Origin: Candidatus Bathyarchaeia archaeon
GTDB lineage: Archaea > Thermoproteota > Bathyarchaeia > Bathyarchaeales > Bathycorpusculaceae
Direction: 5' to 3'
DNA length: 64,000 bases
Assembly (NCBI GenBank): GCA_050010755.1
Contig: JBEKKK010000001.1
Span: 448,001-512,000, forward strand
Shown here: positions 40,410 to 50,953 of the stretch, piece by piece
Layout: every line of letters begins with the position of its first letter
Numbering within the stretch: the stretch's first letter is position 1
Notes under the pieces: model-generated
The model's input: the letters and a program-made list of their open reading frames with translations, nothing else
Told to the model about the DNA's origin: nothing
The model's database searches: none
Position numbers and translations under genes: made by a program

Positions 40410-41024
40410 ATGTCCGACGTCGCGCCTGAAATTGGGAATGCTCTTTACAGGTCGGGCTGCTTGAAGTTTGGCAGTTTTCGCATCAAGTCCGGGGCTCTTA
40501 GCCCGTACTACATTGACTTGGCATGCCTACTTGCATCTCCGGAGGATCTCTGCACCGTCGCGGATATCGCCTCGAATACCGTGAAGCGACTTGCAGCCTC
40601 AACCAGAATAGACAAGCTTGCCTCGATTGAGCTTAAAGGTGCCCTGCTCTTGGGAAGCATAGGCTGCCGAACAGGTTTACCATGCATCGTGGTGAGGAAA
40701 GAAGAGAAGACTTACGGAGCGACTGGAAGAATTGCTGGCGCAGAAGTTGTGAGAGATGATCACGTGCTGTTCTTTGATGACGTTGTCAGCGAGGGGTTGT
40801 CCAAGCTGGAGGGAATCAAACCCCTCGAACAGTTGGGGGCCAAAGTTGAAAACATCTTGGTCGTCGTCGACAGGGAGCAAGGCGGAAGAGAAAATCTTGA
40901 GAAAGCAGGCTATAGAGTCCATGCGCTCGCAAGGATATCTGAAATTGTCAACTCTCTTTTGGGAAGCAAGCGAATTTCAAAAGAACAGGCGGAAGCCGTT
41001 CTCAACTATGTCAAGCATTCGTGA
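40410..41024 (+). CDS. pyrE: Orotate phosphoribosyltransferase
   Basis: FG.F..KSG..SPYYID, VRKEEK.YG, FDDVVSEG.S, VVDREQG. Confidence 0.9.
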   Translation: MSDVAPEIGNALYRSGCLKFGSFRIKSGALSPYYIDLACLLASPEDLCTVADIASNTVKRLAASTRIDKLASIELKGALLLGSIGCRTGLPCIVVRKEEKTYGATGRIAGAEVVRDDHVLFFDDVVSEGLSKLEGIKPLEQLGAKVENILVVVDREQGGRENLEKAGYRVHALARISEIVNSLLGSKRISKEQAEAVLNYVKHS

Positions 41025-41048
41025 CTGGGCAAGCTCTGTCCGTCAGCT

Positions 41049-42008
41049 TCAGCTCTGTAGTATCTTCTCCAAAACTTTCCGGGCAGATTCAAGAGGCGGA
41101 TATTTCGTCGTTTCTAAGGTTATCTCAGGGTCGGGCGGCGGCTCGTATGGTTGTCCCAATCCCGGCACGGTCGGCGCTTTGCCCTTTCTAGCTTGCTCAT
41201 AGATTCGCCTCGGCGCGTTGTAAGTTCCAGTCCTTGCGCCTTCGCGCTGCACGCAAGTCTCTAATGGACATTCCAGATAAACCTCGACGAACGATGAAAT
41301 TCTCTTTCTAGCGTGGTCGCGGTAGCGCCTTAGATTGCCAGTCGCATCGATCACCACGTTGACGCCGTTTTGCGTTAGAAGCTCGGCGATGTACGCCAGC
41401 GTGGAATAGACCGAGTCTCGCTCTTCAAGCGAATACGTCGGTTTCGGAGTCATGACCTTGCGCAGAGCGTCGGAGGATAGCAGTTGAGCGTGCAAGCCCT
41501 TCTTCTCTAGAAGTTTAAGCAACGCCCTCGAAACAGTGGATTTGCCGCTGCCGGGGAGGCCGGTAATCCAAACGCACCAGCCGGTCTTCGCCATCAGTAT
41601 CATCCTGTTGAGAGGCTTTAACCCTATTTTACTCGTGAACTCATTTAAGTTATCGTGAGTTTCTATTCTGAAAAGATGGCTTTTGCACGCACAGTCTGAT
41701 GAGCCGAAGCTGCTTATCGGAGTAGCCACTTCAAAAAGTCTCTTTGCAACTCTGCACTCCTCAAACTTCCCAGCTTCTTTGTAGAAGACTTCTATCACTC
41801 TTGCATGTCGGCTGCCCAGCAGATAGTCGATGTGCCAAAACTTTGGCTTTGTCTTTTTGATGTGCCGCTTTACTCTCTTCTCTAGGTTGTTCTGCGCTGA
41901 GCCAACATAGACGTAGAGGCCTTCTTGAAAGCTCCTGCTGCCAAGCGAGCCGATGCTTACGCTAGTGCTTTTGGCGATCGATATCAGGAGAACGTAGATT
42001 CCTTTCAT
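41049..42008 (-). CDS. Fusion of a DUF123 (Uri/GIY-YIG) endonuclease-like domain and an adenylylsulfate kinase-like P-loop domain
   Basis: KGIY.L..YVYVGSA...WHIDYL...FGSSDC.C.SHL, then WITGLPGSGKST...VEVYLECP...YEPP..PE. Confidence 0.8.
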   Translation of the reverse strand: MKGIYVLLISIAKSTSVSIGSLGSRSFQEGLYVYVGSAQNNLEKRVKRHIKKTKPKFWHIDYLLGSRHARVIEVFYKEAGKFEECRVAKRLFEVATPISSFGSSDCACKSHLFRIETHDNLNEFTSKIGLKPLNRMILMAKTGWCVWITGLPGSGKSTVSRALLKLLEKKGLHAQLLSSDALRKVMTPKPTYSLEERDSVYSTLAYIAELLTQNGVNVVIDATGNLRRYRDHARKRISSFVEVYLECPLETCVQREGARTGTYNAPRRIYEQARKGKAPTVPGLGQPYEPPPDPEITLETTKYPPLESARKVLEKILQS

Positions 42009-42130
42009 GTCTTCTTATCGTTGTTTTTCTTGTACCATTTTAGAATTTCGTCAACCGCGGATTCAGAGTAGCCATTCTCTCTGAGCTTTTTTTGGAGATC
42101 ATCGGGAGCCTCAACCTTCAAGCTGGACAC
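42005..42130 (-). CDS. 41-aa small protein translationally coupled to the GIY-YIG fusion
   Basis: GTG-SSLKVEAPDDLQKKLRENGYSESAVDEILKWYKKNNDKKT-TGA; the stop overlaps the next ATG (ATGA). Confidence 0.6.
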   Translation of the reverse strand: MSSLKVEAPDDLQKKLRENGYSESAVDEILKWYKKNNDKKT

Positions 42131-42220
42131 ATCCTACAAAAAGGGTATGCGGCAAACAATATTTAATCTTTAGTACCGCAGCCGATATATCCTGCAGGTT
42201 TTTCCATCCATACACGTAAG

Positions 42221-43312
42221 CTATGTCAGATAGGACTCAACGTTTTCGATGTCGATGCTTTCGGAGTCGAGTACTCTGGTTGCAAACTTTAGAATCTTTT
42301 TGCGCACTTTTGTCGGCAATTGCGGGTACCAGAGGGGCGATGCTAGAACTAGGCTGCGCCAAGCATAGAATGGTTGGACCGCCTTCAGGATTTCTCGGTC
42401 GCCCGTCTTGTTCAGGTAGTTTCTCCAGAAGAGCGTGAACAGGTTCTTGAATGGCCCGGTAATCTCCCCAAAGGACTGCAGCGAGTAGAAGAGGTAGTTT
42501 ATGGTCATGGCGCTCACGTCGTCCGCGGGTTCACCCCACTCGCCCCTGCTACGGTCAAACACGGTGAAGTCTATTCCCTGGCGGAACATGATGTTCCAAG
42601 GGTGAAAGTCCCCGTGCACCTGCGACAGCCTGTGAGTCATGTGTTTGAGACGCCATCGCCATTCCACGCACGTTTTCTCAAACTTGATGAAGAATTTTTC
42701 GTCGACATAATCCAACCCGGCCGGATAGCTGTCCGTCAGACCGAAGATTTCCTCGCCGTGGCCGAGCAGATCACGCACACACCTAACGTAGAGTCCTGGC
42801 GAATTCCTCTTCTTCACCGAGTGAATCCCTACAAGATAATCGGACAGGGCCAAACAGCGCTCCTCGTCCAAGCTGCTGATAGCGTTAGTGGCCTTAATCC
42901 TATCCAAGTCGGTGTGGTACAGTGCTCCATCGATGAAATCTGTTAAGATGAAGAACTCACAACAATCGCCAAGCGACCTGAGCGTCTCACAGTCGCTGGC
43001 GAAAGAGCCCACGTCAACAGAATGCACGTGTCGGGGCAGCCTGTTAAACGTTGAATGCTGCATCAACAGAACTCCCGCACGGTCAGCAAAATTATCATGC
43101 CCAAAACCGCCGGGCTTGACTGTTTCCAAAACCACCCGCCTAGCGGACCCGCCGACGATGAACTCTATCAAGTAGGGTACGCCATAACCGAACCCCTTCA
43201 ATTGCGCCGAACCCACGGTTCCGGCCATTGCAACGATTCGAGAAACCTCAACTGGCCCTTTGTAAACGTCTGAAAGATACTGCCGCACACGCTCAACCTT
43301 CAATTCAAGCAA
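42221..43312 (-). CDS. Aminoglycoside phosphotransferase (APH/choline kinase) family protein
   Basis: VHGDFHPWNI, FDRSRG.WGEPADD; start moved to TTG at 43312 after GGTGG. Confidence 0.85.
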   Translation of the reverse strand: MLELKVERVRQYLSDVYKGPVEVSRIVAMAGTVGSAQLKGFGYGVPYLIEFIVGGSARRVVLETVKPGGFGHDNFADRAGVLLMQHSTFNRLPRHVHSVDVGSFASDCETLRSLGDCCEFFILTDFIDGALYHTDLDRIKATNAISSLDEERCLALSDYLVGIHSVKKRNSPGLYVRCVRDLLGHGEEIFGLTDSYPAGLDYVDEKFFIKFEKTCVEWRWRLKHMTHRLSQVHGDFHPWNIMFRQGIDFTVFDRSRGEWGEPADDVSAMTINYLFYSLQSFGEITGPFKNLFTLFWRNYLNKTGDREILKAVQPFYAWRSLVLASPLWYPQLPTKVRKKILKFATRVLDSESIDIENVESYLT

Positions 43313-43500
43313 GAAACCCACCGAACAAAGAGGAGTCGCACACAGGTTAAAAACATAGCGACAAACCGAGATATCCATGCAACACTGAGTTCTTGAAGCC
43401 AACACGACGTCGAACCAAGAAAGGCGTCGAGGCAGCAAGCCTCCCATCGCTGTGAGGGCGCAAAAGACTCCGAATGCCACGACGTCTAGTTTTATAAGGT

Positions 43501-44793
43501 ATGCAGCAGATGGACATAGAGGAAGTGAAGACGCCGATGCAAGATTTCAAGATTAAGGACGCAGGTCTGGCGCCGCAGGGACGCTTACAAATCGAGTGGG
43601 CTTCGAAGCACATGCCCGTTCTCGCACAAATAAAGAACAGGTTCGCCAAAGAAAAACCTCTCAAGGGCCTTTCGTTGGCCGCTTGCCTACATGTAACCAA
43701 AGAAACTGGTTTCCTCATCGAAACCTTCCTTTCAGCCGGAGCAAACGTTGCACTTTGTGGATCCAACCCTCTCTCAACGCAGGACGATGTTGCAGCTGCC
43801 CTTGCCCAGGAAGGTGCCAAAGTCTTCGCATGGCGCGTCCAAACTACCGAAGAATATTACTCATGTGTTCAAAAAGTGCTGGACTCCCAACCAAACATCA
43901 CGCTGGACGACGGCGCTGACCTAGTGGGCACAATGCACAGCAAGAGACCAAAACTCTTGAAAACCGTCAAGGGAGGCACCGAGGAAACCACAACGGGCGT
44001 ACTAAGACTTAGGGCCATGGAAAAACATGGAGCCCTCAAATACCCTATAATCGCCGTCAACGACGCTTACACGAAATACCTGTTTGACAATCGGTACGGA
44101 ACTGGCCAAAGCACCCTGGACGGCATACTCAGGGCCACCAACGTACTTTTCGCTGGAAAAAATTTGGTCGTCTGCGGTTATGGATGGTGCGGAAGAGGAA
44201 TAGCGATGAGAGCGCAGGGAATGGGCGCGAACGTAATAGTCACCGAAGTCAACCCCACGAGGGCCCTCGAAGCAGCCATGAACGGCCTCCGCGTGATGCC
44301 CCTAGCAGATGCCGCGGCCGTGGGCGACATATTCATCACGGCGACAGGCGATACGAGCGTAATCAGGATTGAGCACATGAAGCGCATGAAGGACGGGGCA
44401 CTGCTGGCCAACAGCGGACACTTCAACGTCGAGGTTAACCCTCAATATCTTGAAGAGCTCGCAACATCGAAGAGAAACATAAGACCCAACTTAGATGAAT
44501 ATACTCTCAAGAACGGAAGAAGGCTTTACCTTCTGGCGGAGGGTAGACTCGTCAACTTAGCCGCTGCGGAGGGACATCCGTCTGAGGTAATGGACATGTC
44601 ATTTGCAGACCAAGCCCTCTGCGTCGAACACCTAGCCAAAACGGAAAAGATGGAACCACGAGTTTACTCGGTACCCAAAGAAATCGACGAAAAAGTGGCC
44701 AAGCTTAAGCTCGATGCCATGGGAATCAAAATAGACCAGTTGACGAAAGAACAGAAACAGTACCTGGTGGCATGGGAGACAGGAACCACTTAA
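43501..44793 (+). CDS. ahcY: Adenosylhomocysteinase (start probably ATG at 43537)
   Basis: [40 protein letters not shown]. Confidence 0.97.
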   Translation: MQQMDIEEVKTPMQDFKIKDAGLAPQGRLQIEWASKHMPVLAQIKNRFAKEKPLKGLSLAACLHVTKETGFLIETFLSAGANVALCGSNPLSTQDDVAAALAQEGAKVFAWRVQTTEEYYSCVQKVLDSQPNITLDDGADLVGTMHSKRPKLLKTVKGGTEETTTGVLRLRAMEKHGALKYPIIAVNDAYTKYLFDNRYGTGQSTLDGILRATNVLFAGKNLVVCGYGWCGRGIAMRAQGMGANVIVTEVNPTRALEAAMNGLRVMPLADAAAVGDIFITATGDTSVIRIEHMKRMKDGALLANSGHFNVEVNPQYLEELATSKRNIRPNLDEYTLKNGRRLYLLAEGRLVNLAAAEGHPSEVMDMSFADQALCVEHLAKTEKMEPRVYSVPKEIDEKVAKLKLDAMGIKIDQLTKEQKQYLVAWETGTT

Positions 44794-44866
44794 CAATCCC
44801 TAACCAGCACGGTAAACCTTAAAAGGTCTGAAGGCGTAAAAAGGGCTAACATGTGGTGACAATATA

Positions 44867-45259
44867 ATGGTCAGCAAAGATCAAGGTATCGGTGGACTAA
44901 TCTGCTTAGTCTGTGTGGTTGTAGGCGTACTCTATGCTCTAGGACTCTTCTATTGGGGATATTGGAACGCTGGCCGCTACTGGGCTTTGTCGTTTACGCT
45001 CGTTGCAATCCCAGTGTTCGTAGCGTTCATCGCAATACTTGCAATAGGCGCCTGGATAGGTTGGACGATGGCCACGACACCGCCTCCAAAACCAATTGAA
45101 GACATCACAAGTGAAATGGAAACAGAAAAGACCACGACTGAAGAGAAGAAAGCTCCAGAGGAAGCAAAGCCGATGACAGAGGAAAAACAAACCTCTGAAG
45201 GAACTCCCCCAGAACAGCCAGAAGAAAAGAAATCAACACGCATGCGCTCTAAATCGTAG
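44867..45259 (+). CDS. Conserved archaeal two-TM protein
   Basis: WIGWTMATTPPPKPIE motif with a charged tail. Confidence 0.75.
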   Translation: MVSKDQGIGGLICLVCVVVGVLYALGLFYWGYWNAGRYWALSFTLVAIPVFVAFIAILAIGAWIGWTMATTPPPKPIEDITSEMETEKTTTEEKKAPEEAKPMTEEKQTSEGTPPEQPEEKKSTRMRSKS

Positions 45260-45492
45260 CAACAACTGCTTCTCAACCATCCATTTTCCCCAGAATACTT
45301 TTTCACTTCATTTATCTCGAAAATTAGTTCACGCCAAGCAAAACTTGCCCACCAAAAAACACGTCCTTTTAAAGCCCAACGATAAACAGCGACGATTCTT
45401 TTCTATGGAAAAATCCTGACCGCACTGAAAATCGGAGTTCTCATCCAGCTCGATTCGAGACTTCATCAAGCTTGAAAGAAATTCCTAATTGC

Positions 45493-45894
45493 CTAGCTGT
45501 TTGTGCTGCTTTTTACGGCCTTCAACATGCAATTTACTATTTCCGCGCAGTTCATGCACTCTTCAGGTATTCCTTCCTTGCTTGAGCGTTCGCTCAAGTA
45601 ACCGAAGTGATGGGTGCACCCCGGCCTTGCCGAACGTGGTGCTGCATTTTCTTCTTCTAGACTTTCTTTTGAGGCTTTGAGGGCTTCGGCCTCCGAGCCT
45701 AGATTAGGTTCTGCAACCAACGGTTTTTCTTGAAGCGTGACTTCTGTAAGGCAATTCGGGCATGCAAGGTATGGTTCAAGATTCTCGGTCGAGAGATTTA
45801 CAGCTTTCAATGGTTTTGCGAACGGTTTGCCGCATGAAGGGTTTGAACAGGTGTAGCTTTGAACATCCGCTGCTCTTTCTTTATGCTTTGTGAT
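45493..45894 (-). CDS. Cys-rich zinc-binding protein, apparent non-canonical (ATC) start
   Basis: YTCSNPSCGKPF...ACPNCL...CTHHFGYL...ECMNC..IVNC; the first Cys pair lies upstream of the first TTG. Confidence 0.65.
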   Translation of the reverse strand: MTKHKERAADVQSYTCSNPSCGKPFAKPLKAVNLSTENLEPYLACPNCLTEVTLQEKPLVAEPNLGSEAEALKASKESLEEENAAPRSARPGCTHHFGYLSERSSKEGIPEECMNCAEIVNCMLKAVKSSTNS

Positions 45895-45986
45895 GACTAA
45901 TCCCTCAGTTGATATGAGGGCGAGCCGAGTTTATAGTGTTAGTGCATTCGAAATATGTAGTCTGGGTACGGAATGGAGAAGGCGGG

Positions 45987-46565
45987 TCATCGCTTTGACA
46001 GTTTTTTTAGGTCTTCCACCCCTTCAGCGTAGCCAGAGGCTATTAGAACATCTCCAACCTCGATTTTGGTGTCAGGCTTTGGTCTGACGGATTTGTTGCC
46101 TCGTCTTATGGCAAGTATCCACATGCCAGTTTCTTCTGGAATTCGTGCTTCTGCGAGAGTCTTGTTCGCTAATGGAGAGTCCTTGGCGACAGTGACGTAG
46201 GCAACTGTTTCTTCAGCCTCTCTTATGCTGAGCTGCAACACTGGGTGCGGTTCGATGCCTCTCAAAACGACCTCGGATATCTGGGCAGCTGCGTCTGCAA
46301 TTTTTTCCGTTGCAACCCCCAGTCGTATCAGCCCCAAAAAACCCTTTGCCTCCTCCTTCTTGAACTCGCTTTGAAGAACGAGCAGTTCAAAATCTGTGTG
46401 CAACTTGTCCATGTGTTCTTCAAGCCTCTGAACTTCTTCAGCCAGCTCTCTGCTCTTCAGAAACAACGAAGAGTAGGCTAAGTCAATCATGAGTTCAGAA
46501 GTGTCCTTAAGCTCAACCAACCGTTCCACAATTTCCTCGAATCTTGCCTGGCTCCCCTGTGACAT
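45987..46565 (-). CDS. PhoU-like + RCK_C (TrkA-C) regulatory protein
   Basis: LKDTSELMIDLAYSSL...ILAIRRG...GDVLIASG. Confidence 0.85.
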   Translation of the reverse strand: MSQGSQARFEEIVERLVELKDTSELMIDLAYSSLFLKSRELAEEVQRLEEHMDKLHTDFELLVLQSEFKKEEAKGFLGLIRLGVATEKIADAAAQISEVVLRGIEPHPVLQLSIREAEETVAYVTVAKDSPLANKTLAEARIPEETGMWILAIRRGNKSVRPKPDTKIEVGDVLIASGYAEGVEDLKKLSKR

Positions 46566-46576
46566 TTCAGTCTCTC

Positions 46577-47173
46577 CTACTTCGATTTCTGTTCCGCCAT
46601 CTCTTTGAATTCTTTGATTCCGGAATGAACACCGCGGACGATCAGCACGTCTCCACTCCTTATTTGTTCATTCTTCTGCGGGTTAATAATCCAGTCCTTG
46701 TCCCTCCGAAGGGCGATTATGTCAACTCCCATCCTAGCAGCCAAATCAAGCTCACCCACTCGCTTTCTCACAAGCGAAGAGTCAACACTCACTTTTGCCT
46801 GCATCAAACGTTCCTCTACCTTCTCAAAAACCTGACTAACTATCGGATGCACACCTATGTTTTGGGTAACTATAGCGGCTATATCTGCTGCGGCGTCCGA
46901 AATCTTGTCGGCTGCAGAAGCCACTGCGGACACTCCGGCCAGTGCTTCCGCATCGTGGGCGTCTCTTGCGGCGATCATGATTGTCATCTCTAGCAGATAA
47001 TCCAGTGTGTCAACACGGTTCTCAAGCTCAAGAATATCTTCGGCGAGTTCTCGATCATTGAAAAGGGCTGCCGAATAGGCCAAGTCAATCATCAACTCGG
47101 ACAAGTTTTTCATTTCCAAGAAGAGATCACGAACAGGTACGGGCCTGTATTTCACTTTTTCTAACGCTGGCAT
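46577..47173 (-). CDS. PhoU-like + RCK_C (TrkA-C) regulatory protein, paralog
   Basis: MKNLSELMIDLAYSA...IIALRR...GDVLIVRG. Confidence 0.85.
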   Translation of the reverse strand: MPALEKVKYRPVPVRDLFLEMKNLSELMIDLAYSAALFNDRELAEDILELENRVDTLDYLLEMTIMIAARDAHDAEALAGVSAVASAADKISDAAADIAAIVTQNIGVHPIVSQVFEKVEERLMQAKVSVDSSLVRKRVGELDLAARMGVDIIALRRDKDWIINPQKNEQIRSGDVLIVRGVHSGIKEFKEMAEQKSK

Positions 47174-47224
47174 GTGCTTGATGTCGCTCCGACTAGGAGA
47201 CTAGAGTGTGGAGATATTTTAATT

Positions 47225-48469
47225 CTATCCTCCTGCGTGAGTAAGCAAGAACAGTGCGGCAAGCAAAGCCGTCGACGCTATGGTCCCGGCAAGTGCACTT
47301 TCTATGGGAATAACCAGATGGTCAGGGTCCAAACCTTTCTGGAAAGTCAATATTGCAAACGCGTAAGATATTAGGGTGATGGCGATGATTGCGAATACGT
47401 TCGTGACAAGCAACACGGAAGTCAGAAAGCCCAAAGCCAGAAGCCCAAAAGTGCGGGTCAGGAAAAGAGATGCCGCCGAAAGAGGGATAAACGCAACCGC
47501 CGATGCGGCCCAGGCGCCTAGGATCTGCCGAGCGTGGTTCTTCATGGCAAGAAACGAGGGTTCGAGCAATCCCAGCACGAGCCTCGTTGTTGCAGTGGAT
47601 CCTATCACCAGTGCAGCGTCGCCAACCAGCTCTATCAGAGCGGGATAGGCAGCAAAAACCGAGGCTGGATAAACAGCGCTACTTCCTTTCCAAAGAGGCA
47701 GACCGATGTTAATTTCCTGCAAAATGGTTCCCGTGACACTGGCAATCACAGCCACGGTCATCATGGTCAATATTGAGGTTTTGATGGTTTTGGAGAAGCC
47801 TATTTCATGGACGCCTCGCGATAACGAATAAAGAATCAGGAAAACGGGGATAATCGCGACTAAGATAACTGCGGATTTTCCCGCAGAACCGAACCTGAAG
47901 TAGAGATTGATTGCCACAGCATAGCAGACCGTTATGAAAACATCTGCAATCGTAGCAATAATTGGGTATACAACACCGTCCAAGTCCAAACCCCTCCTGA
48001 AGGCCGCAAACGTGATGGATAACGTGAAAAAGTAAAGAGTCAATCCAAGACTCATCGTCGCCACAACAACCGCCAAAATAACGGGAAAGTTACTGGGCGT
48101 AATTCCCCAGAACAAGCTGACGAAAATTGTTGAAACTGCACTCATCACAACACTCGTCACTAAGGTCAAAATTAGTATGCGCTGAAACATTCGACCTACG
48201 AAGCCTATATTTCCAGAGAGTCTCGGGGAAAGAGTTCCAATGTGCAAAGCAGTGTTTAAACGTCCACTGAAGGTTCCACTCATCACGGCTTTAGCCGTCA
48301 ATACAGTCGGATAAACGGCTATAACCCAGCCGCTGACACTATTAAATATGCCAAGCTGCCAAGCAACAATTAGGCCGGCAATTAGGCCTCCAACGCCAGC
48401 AAAGTGTCCAAACAGTGTCTCCTTAAACGACGTGGAGAACGTCCTCGGACTTGTCTGAGAAGCTATCAA
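47225..48469 (-). CDS. MgtE/SLC41-type divalent cation transporter (tandem membrane domains)
   Basis: RLNTALHIG...GLDLDGVVYPI..T.AD and GLDPDHLVIPI repeats. Confidence 0.8.
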   Translation of the reverse strand: MIASQTSPRTFSTSFKETLFGHFAGVGGLIAGLIVAWQLGIFNSVSGWVIAVYPTVLTAKAVMSGTFSGRLNTALHIGTLSPRLSGNIGFVGRMFQRILILTLVTSVVMSAVSTIFVSLFWGITPSNFPVILAVVVATMSLGLTLYFFTLSITFAAFRRGLDLDGVVYPIIATIADVFITVCYAVAINLYFRFGSAGKSAVILVAIIPVFLILYSLSRGVHEIGFSKTIKTSILTMMTVAVIASVTGTILQEINIGLPLWKGSSAVYPASVFAAYPALIELVGDAALVIGSTATTRLVLGLLEPSFLAMKNHARQILGAWAASAVAFIPLSAASLFLTRTFGLLALGFLTSVLLVTNVFAIIAITLISYAFAILTFQKGLDPDHLVIPIESALAGTIASTALLAALFLLTHAGG

Positions 48470-48831
48470 GCGTTAGCCTCCATGAAAAAGCGTTCAGAAG
48501 CAAAATGGAAAACGCAAAACTCGCGAATAAACCTGCTGTTTGTTTCAGGATTTTTCTCTGACCGTGAAAAGCGGATGGAAGAACGATCTGCGCTGTCGAT
48601 TCGCTTCATTTTGCTTACCCTCTCGGATTCTTTCTTTTCTGTCCATCCATAGGCACCGCTTCAAACGGCCAGTCTTTATTGCCGCAGCTGGGCTTTGCCC
48701 TTGTGTCTCTCCTAAACTCTAGGACGTGAGTGAATATCGCTTAAATAAGTTTCTCAGAGGGATCTTAACCCTAGATAATTATTCAGAATTCATAACAGTT
48801 TTAGTCGTCAGGCATCCAATGTTTTTGTCAA

Positions 48832-48999
48832 GTGGTTGAGAACTTGCACACCATATGGATAAAGATTGATGAATCGCTGCCGTGGATCGAGCTTAAAGGA
48901 ACATACGAAACTCGCAAAGACGCTAACAAAGCAGCGAAGAACCGTATACGTAGAACCCAAGTCAAGATAGTTGCAATATCGCAGAGCAGAAGCAGCTGA
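48832..48999 (+). CDS. 55-aa small hypothetical protein
   Basis: GTG-VENLHTIWIKIDESLPWIELKGTYETRKDANKAAK...; below the ORF-track cutoff, natural composition. Confidence 0.5.
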   Translation: MVENLHTIWIKIDESLPWIELKGTYETRKDANKAAKNRIRRTQVKIVAISQSRSS

Positions 49000-49176
49000 T
49001 TTCAATATTCAGCGCGCGCTATAGCAAGGCAAGAATAGTGTTGCTATTGTGTTAGAAGGGGCATTGAATCTCTCGCATCAGTGTATGCTGACGCGGATGT
49101 TTTAGGAATCCATATAAGTGTGTAGCGAAGGCTAACAATTTCTGTTGTTAAGGTCATTTCGTGGGAGAAGAAGGAT

Positions 49177-49683
49177 ATGATGGATGTCTTTGAAACTATA
49201 AGGACAAGAAGAAGCATCAGAAAGTACCTACGGGAACCAATTCCAGACGACAAACTGGAAATGATTTTCGAGGCCGCGCGTCTAGCGCCTTCAGCCGCCA
49301 ATCGGCAGCCTTGGCGCTTCGTAGTGGTTCAGGATGTAAATCGTAAAAAGGCTCTGGCGACAGCGGCGAATAGTCAAACATTTCTGAGCGACGCTGCTGC
49401 CGTCGTAGCCGCAGTTGGTGATCCTGACGTGTCGGCAAGGTGGCATGAAAGAGATCCGATGATAGCAATTGAACACATGGCCTTGGCAGCTGCTGCCCTA
49501 GGCTATGGGACATGCTGGATAGGTGCGTTCGACGAAGACGCGGTGAAGCATCTGCTCAAGATTCCTGCAAGAATGCGAGTCATCGCCTTGTTACCAATCG
49601 GCATACCTGATGAAGCACCGGCTCCCAGACCGAGGAGAAAGCTCGCGGAAATCTTTTTCAAAGAAGAATGGCAAACATCTTAG
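49177..49683 (+). CDS. Nitroreductase family protein
   Basis: RRSIRKY, APSAANRQPWRFVVV, LGYGTCWIG. Confidence 0.93.
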   Translation: MMDVFETIRTRRSIRKYLREPIPDDKLEMIFEAARLAPSAANRQPWRFVVVQDVNRKKALATAANSQTFLSDAAAVVAAVGDPDVSARWHERDPMIAIEHMALAAAALGYGTCWIGAFDEDAVKHLLKIPARMRVIALLPIGIPDEAPAPRPRRKLAEIFFKEEWQTS

Positions 49684-49858
49684 GCCGTGATACTCTCCTC
49701 ACCTCTAGACGTTTGAGCCGAGGAGTAAGAAAGGAAAGGTGCAACGTCCGCGCTCGCCTGTTCTTAAGTTCTGGGATGCGATATTTTGCGATTGCTTTCG
49801 AGTTTGGGCTCTGATTTGCGCAGTACTTTCAGGAAAAAGCGGGGACTTACGCGATCGG

Positions 49859-49903
49859 CCCCCTCCCTCTTTTTCTTTATGTCTGCCGTAATGTTGCAGC
49901 CTA
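49859..49903 (-). repeat. Dispersed intergenic repeat, copy D
   Basis: Reverse complement reads TAGGCTGCAACAT TACGGCAGACA TAAAGAAAAAGAGGGAGGGGG. Confidence 0.8.
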
Positions 49904-50008
49904 AAGTTCAATGTCCGCGTGCGTGATTTCTGAATTCTGTGTTTTGCCGGTGCAAGCCTCGGTACGCGCGCGCTAAGAACTAGTCAAGCGTCCACTCCTG
50001 GTCCAAGG

Positions 50009-50938
50009 TTACTTGGAAAGGAGTCTCCAGGAGAGGACGATTCCGATTAAAGATAATATAACCGCGAATGCGAACAAGACTGCAAAGTCCACCCAGAGGC
50101 TGGCCAGATGCACGGTCGCGCCTATTAACAGTTGTCTCACTGCATCGTTGGCGTAACTGACTGGGTTAACCTTGACGATGTCCTGAAGCCAGGTGGGCAT
50201 TATTTTTGTTGGGAACAGTGCGTTGCTTGCGAAGAGCAGTGGCAGGTTGATGAGGTTGATTAGGGCCACCTGTGTCTGCCAATCACTCGATCTCAACGCT
50301 AGCATGGTGAATAATGCTGAGAGCCCTGTGGCCATGAGGAAGATTATGACGAATGCGCCCGCGATTCCGACGACGTTGAAATGAGTCGTGTCCATTCCGA
50401 GTATTACCGCAATCACGAGAACTATGGCCGCTTGAATCAATGACCTGCCTACACTTTGGAGGACTTTGCCCATCACAACAGCTCCGCGCGCCACGGGCGT
50501 GCTCAGAGCCTTGTTCAGGAAACCGAACCTTCGGTCAAACACGACCGACATTCCGCTGAACGCGGAAGTGAACAGGACGACGAAGGCAAGCATTCCGCAG
50601 GCTAGGAAGGAAAAGTAGCTGGTTGTACCGAAAAAGCCCTGCAAGATTACGTTTTGCTGCTCAACCGAGGCTCCTGACCCGGAAATGAATGTTCCAAAGT
50701 TTAGGGCTTTGCCGAACAGGGCGAGCCAGACTACCGGTTGGATTAGTGATGTGAACAGTTGGATTGGGTTCGTGTACCACTTTCTCAGGTCTCTGTTTGT
50801 TAATGCCCACAATCCGTGCAGGGGGCTCCTGCTCAGTTTTGGGGAGGCCCTGACTACTGTGTGCTTCTCTTCGGAGACCTCTTCAGGCGTTTGTTGTTCT
50901 TCTGTTTTCTTGGTTGTTGTCGGTTTGTTTTTTTCCAT
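50009..50938 (-). CDS. ABC-2 (DrrB-like) exporter permease
   Basis: DRRFGFL...TPVAR..GK; PLLFASNALFP; NPVSYA. Confidence 0.9.
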   Translation of the reverse strand: MEKNKPTTTKKTEEQQTPEEVSEEKHTVVRASPKLSRSPLHGLWALTNRDLRKWYTNPIQLFTSLIQPVVWLALFGKALNFGTFISGSGASVEQQNVILQGFFGTTSYFSFLACGMLAFVVLFTSAFSGMSVVFDRRFGFLNKALSTPVARGAVVMGKVLQSVGRSLIQAAIVLVIAVILGMDTTHFNVVGIAGAFVIIFLMATGLSALFTMLALRSSDWQTQVALINLINLPLLFASNALFPTKIMPTWLQDIVKVNPVSYANDAVRQLLIGATVHLASLWVDFAVLFAFAVILSLIGIVLSWRLLSK

Positions 50939-50953
50939 TCTCAGTCCCTCATT

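Noticed and set aside
43400-43500. Hairpins upstream of ahcY as an SAH/SAM riboswitch
   Set aside because: No recognisable riboswitch consensus, and the likely TATA (TTTTATAA at about 43490) lies downstream of the hairpins, so they would be outside the ahcY transcript.
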